A stretch of 63,424 nt of DNA, counting the filler, from Octopus bimaculoides (Eukaryota): NCBI RefSeq assembly GCF_001194135.2. It is 5 parts of 5 records of this genome, joined end to end, with 100 filler letters (N's around TTAATTAATTAA, not from the genome) between each part and the next. Parts side by side here need not be neighbours in the genome. Positions count along the whole stretch, not along the records: positions 1 to 16,752 come from NC_068993.1; 4 more parts are not named here. One strand, 5' to 3'. Under the pieces are notes generated by a model that ran no database searches, was not told the origin of the DNA, and was given only the letters and a program-made list of their open reading frames with translations. This document shows positions 1-12,217 of the stretch, piece by piece; position 1 is the stretch's first letter; each line of letters starts with the position of its first letter. A program made the translations under genes and the position numbers.

Positions 1-45
<45 letters not shown>
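1..45. repeat. (CT)n microsatellite
   Basis: Perfect CT dinucleotide run at the window start. Confidence 0.98.
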
Positions 46-48
<3 letters not shown>

Positions 49-1640
49 AATGTTTTTGAGAATTTTTGTCCAGCCCTAAACTGTCGTTTGGAATTTTCAT
101 CTCAAGCTGGCCTGAAAGAATTTTCAGCAGATTGCATTCTGTTGGTAAGAGTCTGACTAGATCCACAAGAGGAAGCTTCTGTCCATTCCACCCTCTGTCT
201 AAGAGGAAACTTCTGTCTCTTTCCACTCTCTTGTCTCGATGTCACTGAAAAATGTATAGCAATATATCTCAATAAGCCAAGTAAGAGAACAATGTATTCG
301 TTAATAAAACAAAACATATGCACACACACTCCCCTAAACCGAAATTGAAATAATTGGTATTCTAATTTTCTGATTTTTAAATTAGGCCTATTCTGATAAA
401 TGATTTGACATATTTTTAGTCTCGATTAAAATCATTCCAAAAATTCATAACTTCTATATTCAGTAACACGTATTCAACTCACAATAATAAAAAAAAAGAA
501 TCATTGAAAACAATGTGACTGATGAATAACCAACTTTCTATACTTTGTTAACAAACATTTCTGATGGGATGTTAGATTCTTTCTTTCATTTATTTATTTA
601 TTTATCTATTTTTTTGCATTGTATGAAATTTTAATATATGTTCAATGTGAAGAGGAGCAGTCAATTTTCATTTTTATTTATACCGAATATAATCGTAAAA
701 GATTCTATTTCCGAAACTACTTGTCGACGTTCTAATCAAGAAATACGGTCTCCTGCAGTTGTCGAAACATTCTCGTCTTATCCAATAGCTAAGGCAGGTG
801 AATTTTAAAATGGCTAATATAATTAATAGGATCAAGTGACATTTATTACAAACACGAGTCTATTAGTGACAATATATTACAGGTTGTTTCTGGAGAAAGG
901 AATAAACTAATTACAGAAATACGAACCGAGTTGAAAAAGGCTATCAACCGTCGAATTTAATTTACAATTTTCTCCAAGAATCTTTGAACATTTGCATGTG
1001 TCGCTAAATACACATTGCAGAACAATGAAGGAACGGTTAATACGGTAAGGCATGTTGACCGAAGAATGAATATACCAGTAGCTTTTTAATGTTTTAATCG
1101 TTGGTTCATATCTCATATGAGCTATGGAGAATGAGTTTACGAATAAAATTTCACTTTTCCCTGCATTCAAAAGTATATTCTGTCATGCTTAAATTCCTAA
1201 GAACAAAAAAATTATCGCATGAAAATTTAAATACAAGCAAACGATCGAAACTCTTAGAGGTCTTCAGTAAAAGTCAGCATGATTGAATCATTCTTCAATG
1301 AGAAATTACACGTCACTACTCAAAAGGACTCAACTGTTTTCGTGGAGTTGTCCCTATTTATTACTAGATGTATTTATTGCTAATCATTTTATGGTCTTAA
1401 CTATAATTTTAATGGAGAGCTAATGATAAGGAAGGAATCAAATTTTTGAAATATTGTGGTCATTGAATATATTCTGAATGTGTGATAATAACATGATGGA
1501 AACCAAACAAACATGTTCATCATATCAATGATGTACAAAAGGAATTATACTGGGAGTGAAAAAAATCACTACAGCTGTGTGGTGATTAGACTCCCCGTTC
1601 TGACACCAAAAAGGATTTACAACACCCGCCACAACATTAG

Positions 1641-1762
1641 AGTGGCAAAACAGTTAGTATCAATAAAATGCAAAGCGGTATATGCTTTGGCTCGTTATAT
1701 TCTGAGTCCCAATGTCGCCGAGGTCAACCTTGCATTTTATATACTTCCAGGGCCGATTAAAT
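1641..1762 (+). mobile_element. Degenerate tRNA-derived SINE (family A, ...gccgaggtcgactttgcc... type)
   Basis: gccgaggtcaaccttgca and ggccgattaaa match the core seen in the better copies at 45905 and 60738. Confidence 0.6.
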
Positions 1763-2148
1763 AATGTACATATAATGTACTGATGTAGATTGAATCTATC
1801 AACCCCTCGGCTAGAAATATAAAAATTATCATTGGTAATAACTGATGAGAATTGTCAGCGTCGTTAGACGCCAGACAAATGTCTTCCATATTCGATCCAG
1901 TTCTGGATCGAATTGCACCATGGTTAATCTTACTCTTCATACTCTTACGAACAATTTGATTGGCATATTTCTACTCCCAATGATAAGATTCACCTCTTAT
2001 GTTAAGAACAATATTTAAGTTATGCACATTACTAGTCCATATTCAGTTACTATCAAGAAGTTTTAATTAAAATTTTAGTATTTTAGCGATGATAATTTCT
2101 CCTTATATCTATATGGGCTTGTCTCTATGTAAGAATAGTTACCATCAA

Positions 2149-2318
2149 GGTGTAGGTATAGCCATGTGGTAAGAAGTTTGCTTCACAACCACATGGTTAC
2201 AAAATCAGTTCCACTGCGTGGTACCTTGGCCGCGTGTCTTATAATATAGCTTCAGACCACCTAAAGCCTCGAAAGTGTATTTGGTAGAGGGAAACTGAGC
2301 TGAAAGTATCGCTTCGTA
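2149..2318 (+). mobile_element. SINE family B, 5' half (tRNA-like head)
   Basis: gtggtaagaagtttgcttcacaaccacatgg...ccactgcgtggtaccttgg...ttggtagagggaaactg; homologous to the head of the full copy at 50838-51245. Confidence 0.75.
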
Positions 2319-2332
2319 TACATATGTACATA

Positions 2333-2372
<40 letters not shown>

Positions 2373-3140
2373 NNNNNNNNNNNNNNNNNNNNNNNNNNNN
2401 NNNNNNNNNNNNNNNNNNNNNNNNNNNNNNNNNNNNNNNNNNNNNNNNNAATGACCAGTTCAAATGCATACGCCAGGGCAAAAATGCCACAATCATATGC
2501 TCTAGCTTGGGGATTAATTATATGAACTTGTTAAATAGTAGGAATAATGTTTGTTTGTGGTCCATAGTTAGACATGCAAAACCATACAAAATAAATTCCC
2601 GGAGATGCCGTCTCTGCTCCGACGAATCCCTGTCTATTCTGTGGACTAACAAGAAGATAATTAATAGAATTTCTGAAGGACTATCGAGATGCCTACACGC
2701 ATATAAACGTACTTCTGCAGAATGCAGTGAGAATGAATATTGAATAACCGTTAACTTAATTTAATTTACTTTAAGGTATGGATGTCTTAAGTTTACTTTT
2801 AACTTCGCATTCTTATAAGCATCAAGCAAATAACTAACTTTGTGATCATGAGTGCACCAAACCTCACATGTGCGTATGCTCACAATTTTGCTGATGCTTG
2901 CACATTTTTGCGGATGCCATACAGCTTGCCCGAGGGCGTTTATACATCCATACCTGATAACGGTTATTTTCAATACTTTTCTCACTGGATTACGTGACCG
3001 TTTCTCTTTTTGTCTTTGGCAATTTTATCTTTGATCTTTTAAATATATATGATGTTTTTTTTCTCCATTTGGGTATTTTTGTCACTACAAAATGGAAGGT
3101 TACATTGTGGAATGTTACATTTTAACGAATTGTTTTTATT

Positions 3141-3256
3141 TATTTATCACCTGACGAGATACATCTGCACCACCGGATATTCCTGAACCAGTTGTTGAAT
3201 ATCCCACCCAAGAAGAATCAATGCTAGATGTGTCGAAACAATTATCATGATTAATT
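3141..3256 (+). ncRNA. Hammerhead ribozyme motif (type I) with long branched stem II, partly decayed
   Basis: Core CTGACGA 3151-3157. Stem II is 9 bp, gatacatct 3158-3166 / agatgtgtc 3226-3234, with one G-U pair. GAAA 3235-3238 follows directly. Near-palindromic stem III acaattat, triplet ATC ending at 3246. Stem I imperfect. Confidence 0.6.
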
Positions 3257-3292
3257 ATAAGTTCTCGTATATTCCATCTTCTGTCTTTCATT

Positions 3293-3330
<38 letters not shown>

Positions 3331-4211
3331 ANNNNNNNNNNNNNNNNNNNNNNNNNNNNNNNNNNNNNNNNNNNNNNNNNNNNNNNNNNNNNNNNNNNNN
3401 NNNNNNNNNNNNNNNNNNNNNNNNNNNNNNNNNNNNNNNNNNNNNNNNNNNNNNNNNNNNNNNNNNNNNNNNNNNNNNNNNNNNNNNNNNNNNNNNNNNN
3501 NNNNNNNNNNNNNNNNNNNNNNNNNNNNNNNNNNNNNNNNNNNNNNNNNNNNNNNNNNNNNNNNNNNNNNNNNNNNNNNNNNNNNNNNNNNNNNNNNNNN
3601 NNNNNNNNNNNNNNNNNNNNNNNNNNNNNNNNNNNNNNNNNNNNNNNNNNNNNNNNNNNNNNNNNNNNNNNNNNNNNNNNNNNNNNNNNNNNNNNNNNNN
3701 NNNNNNNNNNNNNNNNNNNNNNNNNNNNNNNNNNNNNNNNNNNNNNNNNNNNNNNNNNNNNNNNNNNNNNNNNNNNNNNNNNNNNNNNNNNNNNNNNNNN
3801 NNNNNNNNNNNNNNNNNNNNNNNNNNNNNNNNNNNNNNNCAAACGTTGCTTCACCACATACCGAAATTTAGAAATAGCAGTTAAAACACTAATTCTTCTA
3901 CTACAATATGTCTCCACAGATAGCAATACTCGTAACTCACATTAGCGAAAAAGAAGAAAAATAACGAAACCAACCAGCCTTAGCTAATCATGTAGGCGTT
4001 TCGGGATTAGGATGGTATAAAATTCATTTCCTTCCTCAGCATGATATTCTAGATTATAAATTTGAAAATGCTGACAAAAACCATGCATGCTCGATCAGGC
4101 GGCATCGAACATAAATAAGGGAAACAGCATTTCTGAATTTATATATATATATATATATATACATATATTTGTATGTATGTATGTATGTATGTATATATAC
4201 TTACGCATGTG

Positions 4212-4378
4212 TTTGTGTGTTTGCGGTGTAGCAAACACAGGAAGATAAAAAAAAGTAGCCAGCTTAACAGAAAATAATTACTGGGGTCGATTCCTTTGAC
4301 TATAAATGCTTGAAGGCGGTGCCCCAGCAGACCGCATTCTAGTAACTGAAACAAGTGAAAAATAAAAACAAATAAGAT
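4212..4378 (+). mobile_element. SINE family B, 3' half
   Basis: ctggggtcgattcctttgact...gaaggcggtgccccagca...actgaaacaagt motif shared with 16853, 50838 and 62130. Confidence 0.75.
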
Positions 4379-7089
4379 AAAAGATCTGTTTTTGGTAAAG
4401 AGATAGCAAAATTGGTATAAGGCTAAGAATAACATCTTACTCAATCTTTCACTTATATGTATTAAGTTATAACCGAAATCAATTTTGCCTCGTCATAATT
4501 TAAGTTTCGATAAAAGAAATACATACTGCGTCAATTAATCGAGTAATTTTTGTGAAATTGCACTAAAGTTGAGCTCTCTCCTAGCACAATGAAACCCGAA
4601 TCATTCATTTTAGTCTTCCCACAATTGAGCTCAAATAATTTCTTTCTAGACTGAGTTGCATATCCGTGGCTGAAATCGATAAAATTGTACCAGAAACGTA
4701 CAAAACGTAGATCCACATGACTTCGCTATCGTTTTTGTGAAATTGTGCTCTAATCAGAAAGCTGTAACTACAATATATTACTAAACAACAATAATCTTAA
4801 TTATAATAGTCAATATTTGACACAAGGTAACTCTATCTAGAAAATTGTTATTGTTCATAGACATTTAAAACCGAGAGGCCATTAAGAATTATATCAAATA
4901 ATATTTATGATATGAGTAGAATACAAGATATTGAAATAAAAAATTATAAAATAAAATAGTATAAAAACAAACATATTCTGCGATAATTTATTCTTATTTT
5001 GGACATTAATCATACCAAAATTCTAATCTGAAATGATTTTTATTCTGTTGCATGACGGAAAATAGAATCATAATGCGAGAAACACTAATGATAAGAAGTA
5101 ACTGGTAACAAACAAACAAAGTGAAACAGTGAAACTGATATTAGATGACTTTATAAGATACATATATTTATGGAAAGCTAAATAAAAAGACAACACAATG
5201 AAATATTTACTAACTAAGGAATTACTAAACTGAACTGTTAGATGATGGTTGATAAACAGAAGAGTCGTGATAAACGGACAGACCAGGGCACTCAGAGAAG
5301 TAAGCGATAAATATTTGACAGCTTCTAGGAGAAAAAAGAATACGGCAGAATTTCAATTTATCTCTGTACAATCACTATTACAAACGCTCACAGACACACA
5401 TTGACGCCCACATATATACAAAATATTTGTGCGTGTAAACATGTGTGTGCGTATAAGTGATTACTTTGTATACGACTAGATATATATTCATATATTCATA
5501 GAAACTAACATATACATACAAGTATCTCGATTTGATAGGTCTAAATGTAAATGTGGATAACGTGACAGGAATATGAAGGCAAGAAATAAATATTTCGAAT
5601 ACTTTATATACAGAATTGGTCACCCTCCATTAGATTTGTCTCAGTAGATGGTGTGCCAGTTTATTATATAATGTCAAAATACTTCAATCTGTTCTGCTTT
5701 GTTTACTAAATGTATGCAGCAACAGTGAAGTCAATTCATTGGTGGGACACAAATTTCTCATTCTTAGTACACGAAATCAGCAATAGAAACACGCAAGATA
5801 TTTCATTCCAATTTTTTTTCAGAATTTATCTCACGCGATGTATGTCATAGCTTCTTACATGTTAAGTATTCAGATTCAAATACGAAGAGATATATGTCTA
5901 TTCTTGTCTGGAAGTTAATATTGAGTTCCTTTGTGTAAGTCGTTATATTCACGAAGAATATTGCCTTCTCATCTGTTAATTAGAAATAAATCTGTATTTA
6001 ATGACAGCGTTAGTAATCAATAAGAGCACATTTTAACCGTGAACATAAATACTGATAGTTTTCAGCCCTCGCCAAAAGTAACATATGTTGGTTATATTGA
6101 ACTCTGATGTGAAAATTTCCCTCCTTCTTATGATATATGTATCTGACTTATAGAAAAACATTCATGAAAAACTATAGAGATGCTACATTTTAACTTTATG
6201 ATGAAGAACTTTCACTAACGTCTTTGAGAATAACATTTCATTATTACATAACCAATTGATTAAAGAATTATTGGATTGGCATAAAACTAACGCCATTTAG
6301 GGCAAACGAATTATTGGCTATGTCATTAGTGTAAGATATGAATCTTCGGTAAAATCGTTTCTTCTAGAAATACGGTATCATATTGGAAAAGAGATAAACG
6401 GGTGGGGGTATGAGGGGAATCAAAGAATAAAATTACTTTAATGACTTATATATTTCCAAACTTTTCAGCAGAGCAATAATTTATTTTCTCGCTCTTTCTA
6501 CTTTTTTTCCATATTAATCTTATGAGTTTTTTTTCCCGCCAAATACAATAAATAATACTTGTAGATTTAAAAGTCAGAAGAACAGATATATATCGCAATT
6601 GTAGAAAGAGAAATGGGATAAGTTCTTTTTTATAGATGTTGAGATATAAGTATTGTAAGTACCATGCGGTACGCAATGTAGATCGCCTGTTGGTTACAAT
6701 ATTTATGTCAGCATCTGTTTCTTGTAATAGGCATTACGTATACATTATGTGATTCTATGAATGTCTTATCGCTAAGTTCATGAACACCAATAGTGCAAAT
6801 TTGCAGTGAATTATGATATTGTTGATGAGGAATTCCTTTCCCGTTTGTATTAATATACTAATTAAATGTTCACCCTTAGTGATTATGTGTTAAATTAATA
6901 GAACGTACATGTTAAAAGTTCCTTGTTCCTTTACAAATATTTGAGAAATATCTTCTCTGTGCTCAAATGTTCATAACATTATCTGAATGTTAAACTTACT
7001 CTAAAACCACAGTTAATGCTTTCTTTAAATAACCAAGATAAATAAACTCTATTCAAAACTTAATTTATGTTTTTTTTGCGTATGTGTTT

Positions 7090-7512
7090 TTATGTGTATA
7101 TACGACTATCCGCGTATGTATGTACATGTGCATATAAACTACGTTTTGTATATCCGCGTATGTATGTGTATGTGCGTATAGAGATGTGTATATGAACATA
7201 ATGATGCGTGCGTTTTGTGTATGTCTTTATTTGTATATATGTTTTGTGTATGTCTTTATTTGTATATACGTTTTCCACGTATGTATATGCATGTGCGTAT
7301 AAACTACGTTTTGTATATCCGCGTATGAATGTGTGTGTGTAGAGAGACATGTATATATGAACGTAGCTATGCGTACATGGGTATATATGCGTGTGTATGT
7401 GCGTGTATGCGTAGACATATATATGTATATATGTGCGTCTGTATGTATATGTACACGCGTGTGTGAGTATGTATATAGATATATATACATCTTATAGTAA
7501 AAATAGATACAT
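7090..7512. repeat. Cryptic AT/GT-rich microsatellite field with internal duplications
   Basis: tataaactacgttttgtatatccgcgtatg occurs twice and gttttgtgtatgtctttatttgtatata occurs in tandem. Confidence 0.8.
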
Positions 7513-8260
7513 AANNNNNNNNNNNNNNNNNNNNNNNNNNNNNNNNNNNNNNNNNNNNNNNNNNNNNNNNNNNNNNNNNNNNNNNNNNNNNNNNNNNNNN
7601 NNNNNNNNNNNNNNNNNNNNNNNNNNNNNNNNNNNNNNNNNNNNNNNNNNNNNNNNNNNNNNNNNNNNNNNNNNNNNNNNNNNNNNNNNNNNNNNNNNNN
7701 NNNNNNNNNNNNNNNNNNNNNNNNNNNNNNNNNNNNNNNNNNNNNNNNNNNNNNNNNNNNNNNNNNNNNNNNNNNNNNNNNNNNNNNNNNNNNNNNNNNN
7801 NNNNNNNNNNNNNNNNNNNNNNNNNNNNNNNNNNNNNNNNNNNNNNNNNNNNNNNNNNNNNNNNNNNNNNNNNNNNNNNNNNNNNNNNNNNNNNNNNNNN
7901 NNNNNNNNNNNNNNNNNNNNNNNNNNNNNNNNNNNNNNNNNNNNNNNNNNNNNNNNNNATGTGTCTATTAATATGGTGTTGTACTCATATTAGAGATTAG
8001 ATACTCCCTTCATCAGGATGTTTGTTGTACATAAAGATGAAGGAATAAAAATATAGAAAACATAAAATGTTTAGAGTGATATAATACAATATACAAGTAA
8101 AACAACTGGACACAACACCTTACATGTGTGTGTATGTGCGTACATGTATGTGTTTATATGTGTGCATATGCGGTTTCAGTGAATGAAGTATTACTTTCCC
8201 TTGATGCCCATTGGAGTATTTTCCCTTTATTCAGCGCTTTTTTTTTCATAGCGTTTTTGT

Positions 8261-8331
8261 GTCTTAATAACTGATGAGATGCCGGAGCAGACTTCAGCCC
8301 TGGCATCCGAAACTCTGAGTTTTATTATGAC
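8261..8331 (+). ncRNA. Minimal type I hammerhead ribozyme
   Basis: Stem I gtcttaataa 8261-8270 / ttattatgac 8322-8331 (9 of 10 pairs). Core CTGATGA 8271-8277. Stem II gatgccgg 8278-8285 / ctggcatc 8300-8307. Extra C at 8308. GAAA 8309-8312. Palindromic stem III ACTC-T-GAGT. Triplet GTT 8319-8321. Confidence 0.8.
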
Positions 8332-8411
8332 AACTAATTCTCATATTATATTTATAGATAAATTCCTCTATTCTACATAATATCGAGTTCTCATTCATTC
8401 TTTTGTTGTCA

Positions 8412-8466
<55 letters not shown>

Positions 8467-8564
8467 ATATANNNNNNNNNNNNNNNNNNNNNNNNNNNNN
8501 NNNNNNNNNNNNNNNNNNNNNNNNNNNNNNNNNNNNNNNNNNNNNNNNNNNNNNNNNNNNNNNN

Positions 8565-8605
<41 letters not shown>

Positions 8606-9129
8606 GTATATCTTAGTGCTTGAGTTTCTACTCATTCACATCTTCACAACGCTGTTGATTATTTGCTGGCATGTAAGATGGCAGTTCAGCATAAGAGACG
8701 GGTAAATTAAGTTCCAGACTACAAAAGATGTTCTCGGGTCGATGTGTTTCACTAAATCTTCTAAGGTGATCTAGTGACCGAAACAAGTAAAAGTTATAAG
8801 ATAAGAATAGAACTAATGCTTTGGAGAATTCTAGCAAAAACTTTTTTACATACTTTTCAGTCGAATGTTTTTCATGTGTAGTCACGTTAGCTCAGCTAGA
8901 GTTAATTGTTTTGTCAAATTTACTAATACATAGTGGCGTTACTAAAGACATATAATGTAGCAAAAATCTGAAACACGCTCGCGCATACTATGTCAGTATG
9001 TATGTTACACTTCGTGGTTGAATATGTGTGCGTATATAAACACACACAAACATGCACGCACAGATATACGTATGTATGTATATATATGTACGCATATATG
9101 TCCCAGAATATCCCAAAACTAGGCACCGA

Positions 9130-9900
9130 TATCTAAGCGCTATCTAAGCTTAAGATTATCTGTGAAGAAAAACCAACCAATATTAATGTAATCTCCACAG
9201 ACCATAAGTTCACAAATACTTTCCACTTTACTAGAAAGAAGGAGAACTGAGTATAACGAAACTAAGATATAAACATTTACAAACAAGCATAACGAATATG
9301 TATCAGCAACTTCTAAACAGATAACCAGTATATGTATCAGCAATTTCTAAACGGATAGCCAGTAATGTTTCGATACCTGGAGTGTCCCATTAAATCCGAA
9401 TGTTTGAACAACGTTAAAAACATAAACGCTGCCGTGAACTTGAGCGAATAACATAGTATGTCCATTATACCAACACCTGAATGATACTACAAGTAGCAGC
9501 ATCAAAGAAGAATTATTATGAACAATTAGTATTAGCATTACGAAACAATACCTATACAACACTGAATTTAGTCCCCCAAGAACAACATTGTGATCCTCCA
9601 AATTATACTACAAGGAACAAGTTAAAACATATTAAGGCAAAATGACTATTCAACCTCCGATACTCTACAGAATAAAGCCAGCTCAAGGAACAGTGAACCA
9701 AGGACCTAAAATCTATAGATCACACAAAAAGCATAACCTACTAGATACAACGTTTATCAGTCTATATTACATCACAATATTATATCACACTAAAACGAAC
9801 CTAATAAAGTCTAGTGAAACAATGTATCTTAAAACTAACGTCATCGAACAATGTGGAAGGAAAAAGACAACAATCGACCAACATCTATAAAACATGTTCT
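9130..9900 (+). mobile_element. Possible highly decayed LINE (L2/CR1-like) C-terminal region
   Basis: Fragmentary peptides YTTLNLVP, NYTTRNK and NQGPKIYRS resemble the order of L2-clade C-terminal motifs (xLNILP / HxYNTR / xGPKIWNSL). No RT core is visible. Confidence 0.3.
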
Positions 9901-12160
9901 ATATCATAAAATAAAATAAGAGACTAAACTGGTAGTTAAATTTAAAAGTTTAAAATGAATAAGAATGAAATTAGAATTTAATTTAATTTTTAAAATGAAT
10001 GTAAAATCTATGGAATTTCAGGGTCAAAACTACCTAAAAATTACAAAAACACATGTCCAATCTTCAAACAGATTAAACGTTTCGATGAACTAAAAGAACA
10101 ATGTATATATGCATTCACTTTTTAAAGAGCTATGCCGGACGTAAAATGAAGAATTAAATATTTTGCAAGTGAAGACATTTGAGAAATGCATTCTGCAATT
10201 TCAAATAGATTTTACCCCTACCATTTCTTTTTTTTGTTTTGCTTTATTTTCTATGAGTGACTTGCTAGATACTAGAAACGAACGACGTTATTCGTCACCT
10301 GTTGCTCTATTAAATTTACAAAATTAAAATTGGTTTTGAGAAAAAGGGTAAGGAAATATATTGAAATGGGTATGAAACAAGTGGAGTTTAATACACAAGA
10401 TGTAGTAAGAGAGAAATTAACAAGAAGGAGAAGGAAAGACAATGTAGATAAGACATTGTGATGGAGATGAACGAAGCGTATTGAAAAAGTTATTGAAAGC
10501 TGGACGATTGTAGACAAATGTGTTATCTATTTTATAAGATACGCCAATAGAAAACAAATAATTCCCATTTCACATCTGTTTATGTACAACAGCATTTTTT
10601 CGTTCTATTGTATACATGACAATAGGGTTTCTAGAGAGTAAAACATTTAAGAACCGGTAATCGAATCATATTTGATGAAATTATTGCTGTCTCCATATCT
10701 CTAAATAAATTTAATACTGTTTGAAATGTAAATTTTCTTCCCACTAAAATATGTTGTTGAACACGTCTTTAGAAATGTAATTTTGACGCTAAGTAGTCCC
10801 ATTCAAGTATACACCAGTTGGCTCTATACTACGATAAGCCACGTCTTCTTTCTGCTGGAACTAAAGAATTTGAAATACCTGGAATTCTTGTTTGTGCTTA
10901 AAGACATAGTCTCGTGAATGTATGTAATATAGAAGATGTTACAAATTAAGATATGGAGGCAAGATTTGAGTCTAATGTGTATGCAGACAGAAATCTGGGT
11001 ATACATTCAGCACGACGGATGATAAGGCAATTTTCTAACCATGTATAGGAAGCAGTGCTTTGTGCAGTGGACTTTAACAACGCATGTTATCTTAACTAAG
11101 CAACTTTGAGTACGTGTTACACTGCGTATAAAAATTGTGAGTAGCGTAACTTTTAGTCACTTTCTCAAGACTTACGTTCAAAATCAGTGACGTAGGACTC
11201 AGTGATTTCTTTATATTATTTCTATCACCCACCAATATGCTAGAATATTATGACGTTCATAGTAATATTATAACGTTCAGCCTATAAAAGATGTTCCGTT
11301 TTCGTTTCACACAGTTGCAGTAAAGTTACATGAATGATCTTTTTTGTAGTCGTTGATCTAGATATAATACTCACAACTAACTCAAATTGCAAGCAGTATC
11401 TCGAAACAGTAGGAACACATGGAAAGAATGGTAGACATAGATATGTAAACCCGCATACGATAGGTTAGTCATTGCTGGAACGTTTAATTTTTATTACAGA
11501 TTTGCTTAATCAGGGCTTGCTTGAGATTCAAGAACACTTATTGCATTCAAATTCGCAAAAAGCTAACAAGGTCGTCAAACAGATAGAAATAACAGCCAGT
11601 AACTTTCAATCACAACGAACAATCTTCTAAAACGTAGAACGCGTTAGGAATTTGTGGTTACAGAAAGATGGGATATCAATGGTTGAAATGTGACTACATA
11701 ATAGGCTTGCGCTTTTAAGGTTGACCAGGTATTTGCAAGATAAAAAGGGAAGTAACAGAAGCTTCGTTAGAACAAACGACTCGTAGTGACGTCAATCGTA
11801 TCATTAAATAAATATAAAGGAATCCATACTCCGTGACCGGTCTATTCCTATTATGATATACTTAAGATTTGCTAAAGTAGCTATAATACTTACATTAAAA
11901 CATACATACATGCATACACACACACACACATATGCATACATACATACATACATACACACTTATGCATACATACATATACACACATGCGAACATACATATA
12001 CATATATACATACACACATACACACACATATATATACATACATATGTATAAGTATATATATATATACGTACATATATGTATATACATATGCATATATATA
12101 TGTGCATATATATATATATACAATGTATATGTGTGTGTATATATGTATACAAAGATACAC

Positions 12161-12217
<57 letters not shown>

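Noticed and set aside
3148-3290. Possible exon (minus MKDRRWNIRELIINHDNCF...SRQ followed by gtgata; plus DTSAPPDIPEPVVEYPTQEE)
   Set aside because: It is short and lacks recognisable homology. The same bases are better explained by the hammerhead fold, although an exon is not formally excluded.
7985-8025. Minus-strand CTGATGAAGGGAG motif near the 8261 HHR
   Set aside because: There is no GAAA and no stem I partner.
8628-8885. 85-aa minus-strand ORF in unique sequence
   Set aside because: No recognisable domain or convincing splice sites, and the length is within chance range.
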